NCBI RefSeq assembly: GCF_964213995.1
Contig: NW_027590805.1
Location: 1-64,000, forward strand
Direction: 5' to 3'
DNA: 64,000 nt
Origin: Mustelus asterias
Lineage: Eukaryota
The position numbers and the translations under genes are program-made. This document shows positions 50,205 to 63,214 of this stretch, one piece after another (position 1 is the stretch's first letter; the number at the start of each line of letters is the position of its first letter). The notes beneath the pieces are model-generated. The model saw only the letters and a program-made list of their open reading frames with translations, searched no databases and had not been told where the DNA came from.

Positions 50205-50471
50205 ACATAGACAAACTATGCACAGACACAAAGACACCCACCCACAATGACACACATACACAAATAAAGATACGTATACACACACACACACAGACACACA
50301 CATTCATACAAACAGATACACAAATGCACACATAGGCACACACTTGCACAAACAGGCACAGAAACAAAGGCATACACACTAACACTCAAATACGTATGCA
50401 CACGCGCACAGAAACGCACACACATACATGAAAGCACACGCAAACATGCACATACACGAACAGGTACACAG

Positions 50472-50502
<31 letters not shown>

Positions 50503-51180
50503 TATATACATATACACAAATACAGACAGACACACATACATACAGATACGCACAAATACACAAACATATACTCATACAAATACAGGTAGATTAGCACACG
50601 TTCACGATGACAGAAATATAAACATAAAGACACACTGTCATAAACATTAATGCCCTTTCATGGACACACATGGTGGTAGATGAACCGAATATACACGGAC
50701 ACAGAAACATACAGATGAACAGGGAGCAAAACGTTCACATGAACACATGTAGACGCAAGCATTAACATACTCATACAGAAATAAATTCCATAACACACAT
50801 TAATAGGCATGGAACCATAAACCCACAACAACACATAGTTTTAAAGAACTATCATCTCTTAAGTTCGTACACTAACACACTGACTGACAGGGACAGAAAG
50901 GGAAGAAAACATGAAGAGACTGGTAGATATGTGTCATGCAAAAGAAGGATCAACAAATAAAGCATGCGTGAACGCATGCACACGCATGAACAGAGACATC
51001 AATAAACATAGACTTCACAAAACAATGCAGTCATAGATACACAATGACAGAAGAATAAAATATGCACACAGACACACAAGTACACAAATCAATACGCAGA
51101 GGCACATGAGCACGTACATTAACACTCATACACGCAGATTAATTCAAATAGATGCTCATGCACACAATACACAAACGCGA
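50205..51180. repeat. CA-rich low-complexity tract
   Basis: Degenerate (CA)n/(CATA)n. Confidence 0.8.
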
Positions 51181-51744
51181 AATCTTAAACACAAACGGCA
51201 GGCAATCGATAAAAGTAAAATTCAACCGTAACGTTTTTAGTAGATATATCCACCGATAGCTGCCCGTATTATACAATGATCCGACAAATATGTGGAACCA
51301 CTGTTCTTCCTGAGAAAGCGAATTAAGTTAATGATATACTAAGCATTTCCATCATAAATAAGCAAATAAGATGGAAACTCACATCCCAGCTTTACACAGC
51401 AACTATCATAGTTTAAAACAATTATCATCGATCGTGAATGTTCCTCGATATCAATCATAACATTCCTCAGTAAGAGATAGTGCCAAACTGTTCGAAACAA
51501 ACTGCTACTGAAGATATAATGCTGTGTGTTTCGACACAGCCTGTCTGTGGAATGTAAGGGAAGAACCGGTATGACGATAGTTATGGAGATCGGTTACTGA
51601 GTGTCCTGAACTTAATAGTGAATATATTTTGAAAACTAAATTAGAGGATAAGTTAATGACTTAATAAAGAGAAAAGGGAAAATAAGAAGAACAACAAGAT
51701 TCCCTGGATAAATTAAATAACCTGATTTTATATCCGTCCTCTAG

Positions 51745-51866
51745 ACTCCACAGACCGCATCTGGACTGAAGGCAATGAGGATGATACCATCTGTACAACC
51801 GCTTCCACATTCATCTTCCTGTTCTCCCTGAGCATTTTCTACAGCACTGCTGTCACTCTGGTGAAG
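51745..51866 (+). CDS. IGHM: IgM transmembrane exon TM1
   Basis: cctctag acceptor, phase 1; DSTDRIWTEGNEDDTICTTASTFIFLFSLSIFYSTAVTLVK (CART motif); donor AAG|GTGAGA. Too short for the ORF track. Confidence 0.93.
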
Positions 51867-51994
51867 GTGAGATGATTCAATTCACTCACACGTCAAACTG
51901 ACAGAAAAATCTCAAAATTTCATTGATTAAAAACTCCAACATAAATTTCCCAGAACATAAACATCTGTTTCATTATTTTATGTCTCTTTTCCAG

Positions 51995-52003
51995 ATCAAG
52001 TGA
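51995..52003 (+). CDS. IGHM: IgM TM2 exon (IK*; cytoplasmic tail KIK)
   Basis: tctcttttccag|ATC AAG TGA, 128 bp after TM1. Confidence 0.88.
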   Translation: MK

Positions 52004-52064
52004 TGGGTTGAATTTTGGATGCTATAGATTTCCTTCAGCTGATGACTAAAATCTCGGTATGACA

Positions 52065-53366
52065 CATTTAGAACTGAATAGTCTCATTAGCGATAGACAA
52101 CATGGTTTTGTACGAGGGAGATCATGCGTCACAAATTTGGTTGAGGTTTTTGAGGAGGTGACAAAAATGCTTGACGAGGGAAGGGCCGTGGATGTCGTCT
52201 ACATGGATATTAGTAAAGCATTTGACAAGGTCCCTTGTGGCAGGCTGGTGCAACAGGTTAAATCTCACGGGATCAAAGGTGAACTAGCTCGATGGGTACA
52301 CAACTGGCTTGGTCATAGAAGACAGAGGGTAGTAGTGTGGAGGGGTCTTTTTCTGATTGGAGGTCTGTGACTAGTGATGTTCCGCAGGGCTCTGTACTGG
52401 GACCTCAGCTGTTTGTGATATATATAAATGATTTGGAAGAAGATTTAGCGAGTCTGATTAATAAGTTTGCGGACGACAGAAAGATTGCTAGAGTTGCGGA
52501 TAGTGATGAACATTGTCAGAGAATACAGCAGAATATAGATAGGCCGGAAAATTGGGCGGAGAAATGGCAGATGGAATTTAATCCAGATAAATGCGAAGTG
52601 ATGCATTTTGGTAGATCTAATGCAGGGGGGAGCTATACAATAAATGGCAGAACCGTCAGGAGTATAGACACACAGAGGGATCTGGGTGTGCAAGTCCACA
52701 GATCCTTAAAGATGGCAACACAGGTGGAAAAGGTGGTGAAGAAGGCATATGGCATGCTTGCATTCATTGGACGGCGCACAGAGTATAACAGTTGGCATAT
52801 GATTTTGCAGTTATATAGAACGTTGTTTAGGCCACATTTGGAATACTGCATCCAGTTCTGGTCGCCACACTACCAGAAGGACGTGTAGGCTTTGGAGAGA
52901 GCGCAGAAAAGGTTTACCAGGATGTTGCCTGGTATGGAGGGTATTAGCTATGAGGTCAGATTGAGTAAACGAGGGTTGTTCTCCCTGAAAAGGCGGAGAT
53001 TGAGGGGCGACCTAATAGAAGTTTATAAAATTATGAACGGCATAGATAGGATGAACAGTTGGAAGCTTTTTCCCAGGTCGGAAATGACAAACACAAGGGG
53101 TCACAAGTTCAAGGTAAGGGGGGCAAGATTCAATTCAGATATGCGGGGGATGTATCTTACACAAAGTGTCGTGGGGGCCTGGAATGCACTACCAAGCAAT
53201 GTGGTTGAGGCGGACACGCTAGGATCATTTAAGATTTATCTAGATAGCCACATGAACAGACTGGAATAGAGGGATACAAACGGATGGTCGAGTTAGGAAC
53301 ACATGATCGGTGCAGGCTTGGAGGGTCAAAGGGCCTGTTCTTATGCTGTATTGTTCTTTGTTCTTT
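52065..53366 (+). mobile_element. CR1 LINE 3' part inserted just after the TM2 stop
   Basis: QHGFVRGRSC, VPQGSVLGP, KFADD, with a frameshift and a stop; tail (ttgttct)n. Confidence 0.92.
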
Positions 53367-54184
53367 GACACAAATACAATATCTGCTCTCGGTGATTCCA
53401 GTTATCACAGTTTATCATTCCGCACCTGCAATTTACACAACCGTGGTCGGTACTCCAGTTTTCAATATGAAATATGCGAGATAATTTTTGTTGTAATGTG
53501 AACTGTAGTTAATAGTTTCCCTGTAGTTGAAATTTAATGTATAAATAAATGAGTTTTCTCGTTATTTATCCACAGTTGTTCATTTCCCAATACGTTGAGC
53601 TCCTGTTTTCTGTTTCATGTGTCTCCTACAGTTGTACATATATTGGACAGCTCAGAGTTCATGTCTTCCGTTCTCAATGTGGAACGAAATCGTTATGTTC
53701 AATTTTGTGAACTTTAAAGTAAACTTTTCTGTAAAATGTTCCCTGATTTTTTTAAATAAATCTTGAATAAAAATTACCTCACTCTAGCTTTGCTTTACTC
53801 CTTTATCTAAAGTCCATCGGCACCGCTCCATTTTTCCGATTACACGGTTACCCCCTTTTCCCAGACAGGTGTTTTCCCCAGTCCTGTCTGGGATGTGTTT
53901 GAGCACAAGATCCTTCAGTGAAAGAATCACTGCGCCACCTAGCGACCCAGCTTTACCGCTGCCTTTCTTATGATAACCGTGATGCCGGCGGGCACAGTAA
54001 GAAGTCTCACAGTAAAAAAGACTACTTCATTTTATGATAAACGCCAGCGAGAGAATGATTGAACAGTGAGGGGAATCTTGGTGATTTCCATCATAAACTG
54101 GTCTGTCACTGACGAGTGGCAGGTATTTCAAAACCAAAAAAGGCTCTGCTTCATCAGAGGCCGATGTAGCACACTAAAAAGGAG

Positions 54185-54677
54185 AATCATAGAATTCCAC
54201 AATATAGAAGGAGGCCAGTTGGCCCATCGATTCTGCACCATACACAATTCCACCCAGGCCCTATCCCCATAACTCCATGCATTTCCTCTTGCGAGTCACC
54301 AGCAGCAGTGCTAATCACTGTGCCACCGTGCCTCCTGAAGAAGAAAACTTCCTTTACTCTGTCCTACTGGCTCTGCTGCCTTAGAGCACCATGGGTCCGG
54401 GTTCAATTTCGGCTTTGGGTCATTGTCTATGTGGAGTTTGCACATTCTCCCCATGTCTGCGTGGGTTTCCTCCGGGTGCTTCGGTTTCCTCACGCACTCG
54501 AAAGATATGTGGCTTAGCTTGTTTGGCCATGCTAAATTGCCCCGAGTGTCAGAGGGATTAGTAGGGTAAATACGTTGTTTTACGGGAAGCGGGCCGGGGT
54601 GTGATTGTGGTCGGTGCAGACCCGATGGGCCAAATGGTCTCCTTTTGTTTTGTAGGTATTCTAAGATTCTATGATTC
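54185..54677. mobile_element. Two HE1-type SINE pieces in opposite orientation
   Basis: Minus-strand tail and head pieces at 54185-54332; plus-strand body and tail at about 54360-54677. Confidence 0.7.
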
Positions 54678-55885
54678 GCTGACTAAAAAAGTCGTTGCAG
54701 CGTTGGTTATCAGATTAAATCTTTCTCCCTATTGCCGATTAAAAATTCCAAGTCAGACAAGCCACAGGCTAGATATAAAACACGGAGAGAACAGTGAGGT
54801 ATTAACTATGGGGTGAAACCTAGCGACTGGGACATTATTTGCACACACATATAATCGAGTCGACATTTTAAAATGATTACCAGAGTTTGGGGCATGTGAC
54901 ATATACAAGGGGAGAAAGCGCAGCAATTTCCCGATGTGGGAACAACAAATAAATAGAAAACATGGGAAATATTCCCGGAGAAAGGGATTTATTCTGATAC
55001 AGAGACTCCAGATTCGCATTTTCTCCGAAACACATGAAGATACATTTTGCTCCCCCTGTTCTACTCGACATGCACACGCTCAACTTTCTGGTGAACACAC
55101 AGTGACTGCCGACTTCAAGCTTTCCTTTTTGTACCAATTAACACTGTCTCTATGATTCCTTTTCCGATTATGCATTATTCCCAATAAGCATCATTGCCTC
55201 TGACGCCACCTGGAATCACTGAATATCACCCAAGGGATTCTCTCTCCCTGCTCCATTCACTCTGATAATATCTCCCTGTACACACTGAACATAACCCCAG
55301 GTATCTACCAGTGACCTTCAGACTTTCACGCCCTGAGCTTCCTGTCCACCTTCATGTAATTATGGTCTTCCACAGGCTGCCGATGATATGCGCATTTCCT
55401 GAGCATTCTGGACTGGCCCTCTTGGTTTTCCGACATTCTGTTTGGTGAGGATCAAAGCTTTTCATTCTAAAGTACTGAAGTTCAGCTCCAGGCTATCGGT
55501 TGGTTACAGATCGTATCAAGTTAAGAGGGAGAAGAATTAACGTCTTACATGCGGGCTCAGCAGAACTTCTCTGAATGGTTATAGCTGATATTTAAGCTTT
55601 CTTTTGCTCGAACCCCTTTTAATCATCACGTCCACCCACACAGCCATATGCCCACCAACCTCACTATGCTACTTTTACCTTAAGTTTACCTTATGTCTCG
55701 GTACTTTCCCCAGGCTCGGGAGCTCTCAAGATAGTTCAGAAGCCCTTTATGTTGCTAAGAGTTGACAACCATTCCCGTTGAATTGGAGGAACTGCAGCCG
55801 CAACCTCTGCCAGAACCATTGAAGATTCAGCTATTGATTGACTCACAAAAAAACTGACATTACCACCGCTGAATCTCCAACCATC

Positions 55886-57672
55886 AACATATAGAACATA
55901 GAACATAGAAAGCCACAGCACAAACAGGCCCTTCGGCCCACAAGTTGCGCCGATCACATCCCCACCTCTAGGCCTATCTATAGCCCTCAATCCCATTAAA
56001 TCCCATGTACTCATCCAGAAGTCTCTTAAAAGACCCCAACGAGTTTGCCTCCACCACCACCGACGTCAGCCGATTCCACTCACCCACCACCCTCTGAGTG
56101 AAAAACTTACCCCTGACATCTCCTCTGTACCTACCCCCCAGCACCTTAAACCTGTGTCCTCTCGTAGCAACCATTTCAGCCCTTGGAAATAGCCTCTGAG
56201 AGTCTACCCTATCCAGACCTCTCAACATCTTGTAAACCTCTATCAGGTCACCTCTCATCCTTCGTCTCTCCAGGGAGAAGAGACCAAGCTCCCTCAACCT
56301 ATCCTCATAAGGCATGCCCCCCAATCCAGGCAACATCCTTGTAAATCTCCTCTGCACCCTTTCAATGGCTTCAACATCTTTCCTGTAATGAGGTGACCAG
56401 AACTGCGCGCAGTACTCCAAGTGGGGTCTAACCAGGGTCCTATAAAGCTGCAGCATTATCTCCCGACTCCTAAACTCAATCCCTCGATTAATGAAGGCCA
56501 GTACGCCGTACGCCTTCTTGACCGCATCCTCCACCTGCGAGGCCGATTTAAGAGTCCTATGGACCCGGACCCCAAGGTCCATCTGCTCCTCTACACTGCT
56601 AAGAATGGTACCCTTCATATTATACTGCTGCTTCATCCCATTGGATCTGCCAAAATGGATCACCACACACTTATCCGGGTTGAAGTCCATCTGCCACTTC
56701 TCCGCCCAGTCTTGCATTCTATCTATGTCTCGCTGCAACTTCTGACATCCCTCCAAACTATCCACAACACCACCTACCTTGGTGTCGTCAGCAAACTTAC
56801 CAACCCATCCCTCCACTTCCTCATCCAGGTCATTTATGAAAATGACAAACAGCAAGGGTCCCAGAACAGATCCCTGGGGCACTCCACTGGTCACTGACCT
56901 CCATGCAGAGAAAGACCCCTCCACAGCCACTCTCTGCCTTCTGCAGGCAAGCCAGTTCTGGATCCACAAGGCAACAGCCCCTTGGATCCCATGCCCTCTC
57001 ACTTTCTCAAGAAGTCTTGCATGGGGGACCTTATCGAACGCCTTGCTGAAGTCCATATAGACCACATCCACCGCTCTTCCTTCGTCAATGTGTTTGGTCA
57101 CATTTTCAAAGAACTCAACCAGGCTCGTAAGGCACGACCTGCCCTTGACAAAGCCGTGCTGACTACTTTTGATCATACTAAACTTCTCTAGATGATCATA
57201 AATCCTGTCTCTCAGGATCCTCTCCATCAACTTACCAACCACTGAGGTTAGACTCACCGGTCGGTAATTTCCCGGGCTGTCCCTGTTCCCTTTCTTGAAT
57301 ATAGGGACCACATCTGCAATCCTCCAATCCTCCGGAACCTCTCCCGTCTCCATCGACGATGCAAAGATCATCGCCAAAGGCTCCGCAATCTCCTCCCTCG
57401 CCTCCCACAGTAACCTGGGGTACATCCCATCCGGTCCCGGCGACTTACCAACCTTGATGCCATTCAATAGTTCCAACACATCCTCTTTCTTTATGTCCAC
57501 ATGCTCGATCCTTTCTGTCCACCGCAAACCAGCAGTACAACCACCCAGATCCCTTTCCACCGTGAATACCGAGGTAAAGTATTCATTAAGCAGCTCCGCC
57601 ATTTCTAACGGTTCCGCACAAACTTTTCTCCCTTCACCTTTTAAGGGTCCTATGCCTTCACATCTCATCCTA
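55886..57672 (-). mobile_element. CR1 LINE, 5'-truncated, with an uninterrupted RT domain
   Basis: ORF 55974-57713 has all RT motifs intact; (atagaac)n tail; nested in an older LINE fragment. Confidence 0.95.
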
Positions 57673-60231
57673 TTGGGCTTACAATTGGCCAAAAACATAA
57701 ATTGGCCGGCCACGCGAATTCTGTGGCTCCAAGATCACGTCGGAGGTGTTCCTTCAACAGTGACCCTCTGCCGCATAGAAGGACAAGGGCATCAGATTCA
57801 TGGGATAAGCAGCATCAGGAGTTTCAAGTGAATGTCACTCACCATGCATAATTCGAAAGTTATCGCCGTCCCTTCATGTCGCTGGGTCAAAATCCTCGAA
57901 TTCCCTCCCTCACAGCGCTGTGGATGTACCTACAACACGTGGACTGAAGCGGTTCAAGAAGGCAGTTCATCACCACCTTCTCAAGGGCAATTGCGGATGG
58001 GCAATAAATGCTGACTTAACAATTATGCTCATCCCCAAAGAGTGATTTATTTAAACGGAACACCATAAATTGTAACTCCGATGCTGAATTATCACATGAG
58101 GGAAAACACACTCTCATAAAAGAATATGCTGTTATGTATGAAAGCCGCTCTCGAAGATCTGACTTTCTCAGCAACGCGTTCTCTTCCATTTGATAATTCA
58201 GCATCGGTGTTACAATGTATAGTTCTCCAGGTAAAAAATCACTCCTAGGATATCACCATCGTTTGCAAGTCAGCATTTATTGCCCATCCTCAAGTGCCCT
58301 TGATAAGTTGGTGGTGAACTCCGAAATAGTTTCACAAAAACGGAAATAAGTTTTAATTGTACTCACTGTAGCCATGTGGCAGACAGTTATGACACAGGAG
58401 GAGACAGGACAGTTTAATTCTCTGGAAGATAGTGTTGTCCCAGAAATAGATCTTATTAAGGATGCCAAATTAATGAACCTAAAGTTCCCCGGGTGTGACT
58501 GGCCCAATCGCCGTTTCATAAGGTAGGCTACATGAGCCTGCGTTCAGGTTACAGGAGCTATCAGAGAGTGTATTGAATTACTAAAGATGACTGGGCTCCC
58601 ACATCGCCTTTTGGACCTTGAGTGAATAAATGCTTCATCTATTCTCAATCATTGTACATATCGTAAACAATGTTTGGACGGGTAAAACCATCGCAATGCC
58701 ATGTTGACTGCAGCAAAAATCGAGAATGGACATTTATTGACCTTGAATAGAAATGTAGTCCTGTTTGCCGTTCACGTTCAGACCATATGAAACATATGAG
58801 AGTCATCACCAGGGTATGGAAATTGTAGTGTGGATTCAAATTCGATCTGCTGCACGGTGAGACTGGGGATTAAGGTCCGTAACAATATTTGGGAGTCAGG
58901 TGGCAAATAGATCAATAGACACCCACACCTGAATCATTGCAGTGTTTGACAGAGGAGAAACACCTGTAATAATTTTCTGGGGTTTTGGTGTGAGAAATAT
59001 GGAGATTTCACTGATACCAGGCTTATGTATAGGTTTTCGTGTGCGGGCCCACCAACTTAACAGTTGCAGAGAGGACACTTGCACATTCCTGTTCAGGCAT
59101 TGGTCCAGGGCTCTGGGATAACGTCAATAACCATCCCTCCATCACAAGCAGTTCCCCATGAGGGAGTGTAGAAGTCTATCCCGATCGAATGAGTCTGTGC
59201 TTACCTCTACAATTTCACTGCCTGATCCAAAGCCGAAATGTGTCCACTCGGACAGAGAATTGCATACTGTGGTGGTATGAACTTGACGCTACTTGCAAAG
59301 GATGAGTGTGGAAAACAAAACCATTCTAATCAATAATGGATTTTCTACAGGTCCACATTAAGAATACAATCACAGAAGAATAGTGGGGGGAGCCGGACAT
59401 CCGACTGATGTGGACCAGCACATTAATTACACCAATTGGAATTCGGGAACAATAAAAAGCCGCCAATCATCACAGCTGTTTGTATTTGTTGGGAGTTGAA
59501 TGCTGGGCTGCCTGAAGCTTCTCACTTCTCGCTTGCTCCTGTACTCAATCCGACCCTCAGTAATAAAAATACATTCCTTTCTGAGTTCAAACCGACATTC
59601 ATTGATTCTGCATCAGTTTACAGGTAAGGACACAATTACTTCACCCTAAAACTTAGAAATTGGGAAAGAGTAAAAGGTGAGTGACAATTCCAGCAGTTGA
59701 ATGGACAGAGGCCAGGTTCGCTATAGGTAAATGCAATAGTCAAGAATAGGAGCGGGAAATGGATCAGTAGATGTCTGGAATAATGAAATAAAGAATGGGG
59801 ATTGAAGAGTAAGGACTGGAAATGAGAAAATAAGCAGTCGAGATGAAGGAATTAGAGTGGAAATAAGCGACCAGAGAGTAAGGATGTGGGATTTGAAAGT
59901 CGGGTCGTGAGAGTAGCGAATGCAGATTGGGGAATGAAATGTGCTGACGGGGACTAGGAGAGCGAGGGATAATTGTGTTGAGATTGGGCTGTGTAAGTAG
60001 CTTACTAGTGGAGGCAGACTGATATATGCGAGCCAAAGTAAGGATATATGAGCCAAAATAGAGCGATAAATGGGATTGTTCACCTCTCTCTCTTAGAACA
60101 GTTGACTGAGAGAAACCAAGGTGTACAGCAATATCTCAACGGGAGAGAGAGAGAGAGAGAGAACACCGCAGAGATACCAGGCAGGGTGCAGATATGAACT
60201 CGAAGGAGAGGGGACTGAAAGTTACAAATCG

Positions 60232-61034
60232 GAACAAATGTGAGGTAATGAATTTTGGAAGGTCTAATAGAGATAGGAAATATACAGTAAATGGCAGAAC
60301 CCTTAAGAATATTGATAGGCAGAGGTATCTGGGTGTACCGGTACACAGGTCACTGAAAGTGGCAATGCAGGTGGAGAAGGTAGTCAAGAAGACATACGGC
60401 ATGCTTGCCTTCATCGCCGGGGCATTGAGTTTAAAAAAATGCCAAGTAATGTTGCAGCTTTATAGAACGTTGGTTAGGCCGCACTTGGAATACAGTGTTC
60501 AATTCTGGTCGCCACACCACCATAAGGATGTAGAGGCTTTGGAGAGGGTACAGAAAATGTTTACCAGAATGTTGCCTTGTTTGGAGGGCATTAGGTATGA
60601 GCAGAGATTGGAAAAACTTTGTTTGTTCTCACTGGAACGACGGAGGTTGAGGGGTGACCTGATAGAAGTCTACAAGAGTATGAGGGGCATGGACAGATTG
60701 GATAGTCAGAAGCTTTTTCCCAAGGTGGAAGAGTCAATTACTGGGGTGCATAGTTTTAAGGTGCGAGGGGCAAGGTTTAAAGGGGATGGACAAGACATAT
60801 TATTTACACAGGGAATGCTGGGTGTCTGGAACTCGCTGCCGGAGGAGGTAGTGGAAGCAGATACGATCGTGACATTTAAGGGGCGTCTTGACAAATACAT
60901 GAATAGGATGGGAATAGAGGGGTACGGTCCCCGGAAGGATAGCGTGTTTTGGCTCAGTCGGGCAGCATGGCCGGTGCAGGCTTGGAGGGCCGGAGGGCCT
61001 GTTCCTGTGCTGTAATTTTCTTTGTCCTTTGTTC
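60232..61034 (+). mobile_element. CR1 LINE 3' fragment
   Basis: KCEVMNFGRSN...RPHLEYSVQFWSP...WNSLPEEVVEA and tail. Confidence 0.9.
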
Positions 61035-61558
61035 ACACAGTCAGCGTACAGATATCACCGTGACAGAAAGGAAGCTGCAACATGTTGATGCGTTTAAAAT
61101 ATATTAATATATTCTGGAGAATGTGGGATTGAGATAATAGACTGTTTCCATATAACTGGCTTTATTTCTTACAATGTAGTATTAGTTTCAATGAATTACT
61201 GCACTTAATCAAATCTGTCTTGTTGCAGGATTCAATTCCAATTTGATCAATGCAGTTTTGCAGAGTAGCATCATATAAATCTTTCACATCTATTGACTTC
61301 CCACCAGTTTCGCAGACGAACTTCATTCAGTCTGAACGACTAAGATAAAATTAAGGTGTTCAACTGCGCCCTTCAAAGATCAATAATTTTGGAGTGATTT
61401 TTTAACAATCTATCGACAATCTATCTTCTCATTTCCCCAATTTTTATTCGTCAAGCTATCTATCTGCACATTTCCCCACGGTTTTGAACAACTGTTCTTT
61501 ATTATTTGACAAAACACCAAATGGCGACGTTTGTGAGCTGGAATGCAACCATTGGACG

Positions 61559-62484
61559 ATGATCAACTCTGCCAATCATACTGGCAATGCCAGTTTTGAG
61601 AGACCCGGAGCAACTGAATAAATTGAAACGCTCGTCCTCCCTTGCCTCCTCAGCTTCACTATCGTGCTGAGCATTGCTGGGCATTCAATTTCACTGTGGC
61701 ATGTCACAAGACTGAGGAAAGTTTCTTCAGCGACTGATGTTCCCCTGCTTGACCTAACAATCACCAACATCTTGGTTATCCTGGCTTCTATTTTTTATCT
61801 TATTCACTTGATCCCTGGATGTCAGTTCACGAAGCTATTTCTTGAAACCCATCTGCTCATCGGTTTAGTAAACATTAAAAGCAATCCATCATTCATGGCC
61901 TGCATTGCTATTGACCGGTACCTCGCTTTTCCCATCCCATCAGGTCCCATGCCTGGAGGAGGCCCCAATACTACGTCGCCCTATCCATTGTAACATGGCT
62001 GGCAGTGTTAGCCATGACTCTGGCGGCCTTTCACTTTACAAGAAATACCGCATATGAAAGTATCACGTGCAAGGATAATATTTTAACGAGGCGATCTCGG
62101 TAAATGTTCATGCTATTTTGTGAGGCTATGACATTTGTTGTGCCAGTTCTGGTCCTATTGATCTGCTATGCTCTGACAGTGAAGAAGCTGACGGAAGCAG
62201 GATCTGGGAAGAAATATATGGAGCTGGTGAAGACAAAAGTGCTGAAAACCATTTCAGGAATCATGATTCTTCTCCTTTTCTGCTTTGCCCCTTTTCACAT
62301 CCCAGAACTGTATTTTTTGAGTGAGGGCCTGATGGATCCATTGAATCGAGCAGCATTCTTTTACTTATGCCATGTTAAGATCTATACCTGGGCCCTCACT
62401 TGCTTCTCTGCTTTCCTTAATCCCGTGCCGTACATTTTCATGTCCCAGAACTTCCAATGGAGAACTCATTGCTGTGCCTCGTGA
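61559..62484 (+). pseudogene. Intronless class A GPCR pseudogene (P2Y/LPAR-like group)
   Basis: Reconstruction: MINSANHTGNASF...*IETLVLPCLLSFTIVLSIAG...FMACIAIDRYLAF/HPIRSHAWRRPQY...VTWLAV...C...*...FVVPVLVLLICY...CFAPFHI...FLNPVPYIF. Stops at 61619 and 62101; 1-nt frameshift at about 61931. Confidence 0.85.
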
Positions 62485-63214
62485 CATGCTGAAAAAATGT
62501 GAACATGATTCGGATACCGACAGAGTCTAAGTAAATATCACTTTCACATTATCCTCATTTTACTCAGAGAGAATGTGCTGATGTAAATTATAAACAGGCC
62601 TACCCTGTTTGGGCCAACGATGCGATAATAAAGCAATGAAGGCGAACTTAACTTTCGTGCATTCTCTTCAAACTTAGCCGTGCGTCTAGCTAGATATATT
62701 TTCTGCGTATTGTAAATGTGACATCATAACATTTACAGTACGCATCTGACTCGGTCAGACAACAAGTTCTAAAATCTTTCGCGATTCAAAACAAATACAA
62801 AATCGCATTCTGTCCTCTACACTGACGCCACTGTTAGCCACTCACGTGGAAATAAATGTTTTCTCTCACTTGCCTGTAACTTTTTCACTATAAATGTAAC
62901 CGTTAGGAAACCTATGGTCATGGGACAAGGTGTTACATCTCAGCGCCTGATCATGCTAAGCAATAGCCCACTGTTACTGATTAGCTAATTCAGCTACCTG
63001 GAGGCAATGGTTCCAGACCCAGTATGTGCAGCTCGATGATCACATAGGGAAATCAGCTGCCACCTTCGTCCAACTCCTGGAATGTGCATGGGATAACACC
63101 AACCTGATCCTTGAGACTAAACTGATTGTTTTAAGGCCTGTGTTCTTCACACCTTCACTTATGGATGGGAGATATCGCATACCTACAGCGACCCGGAAAT
63201 GTAATACCACAGGA

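Noticed and set aside
29746-52003. IgNAR, IgW or IgM1gj identity
   Set aside because: Four C-mu-type domains including CH2, a conventional VH with full FR2/CDR2, an IgM secretory tail and unjoined V and J all indicate ordinary IgM architecture.
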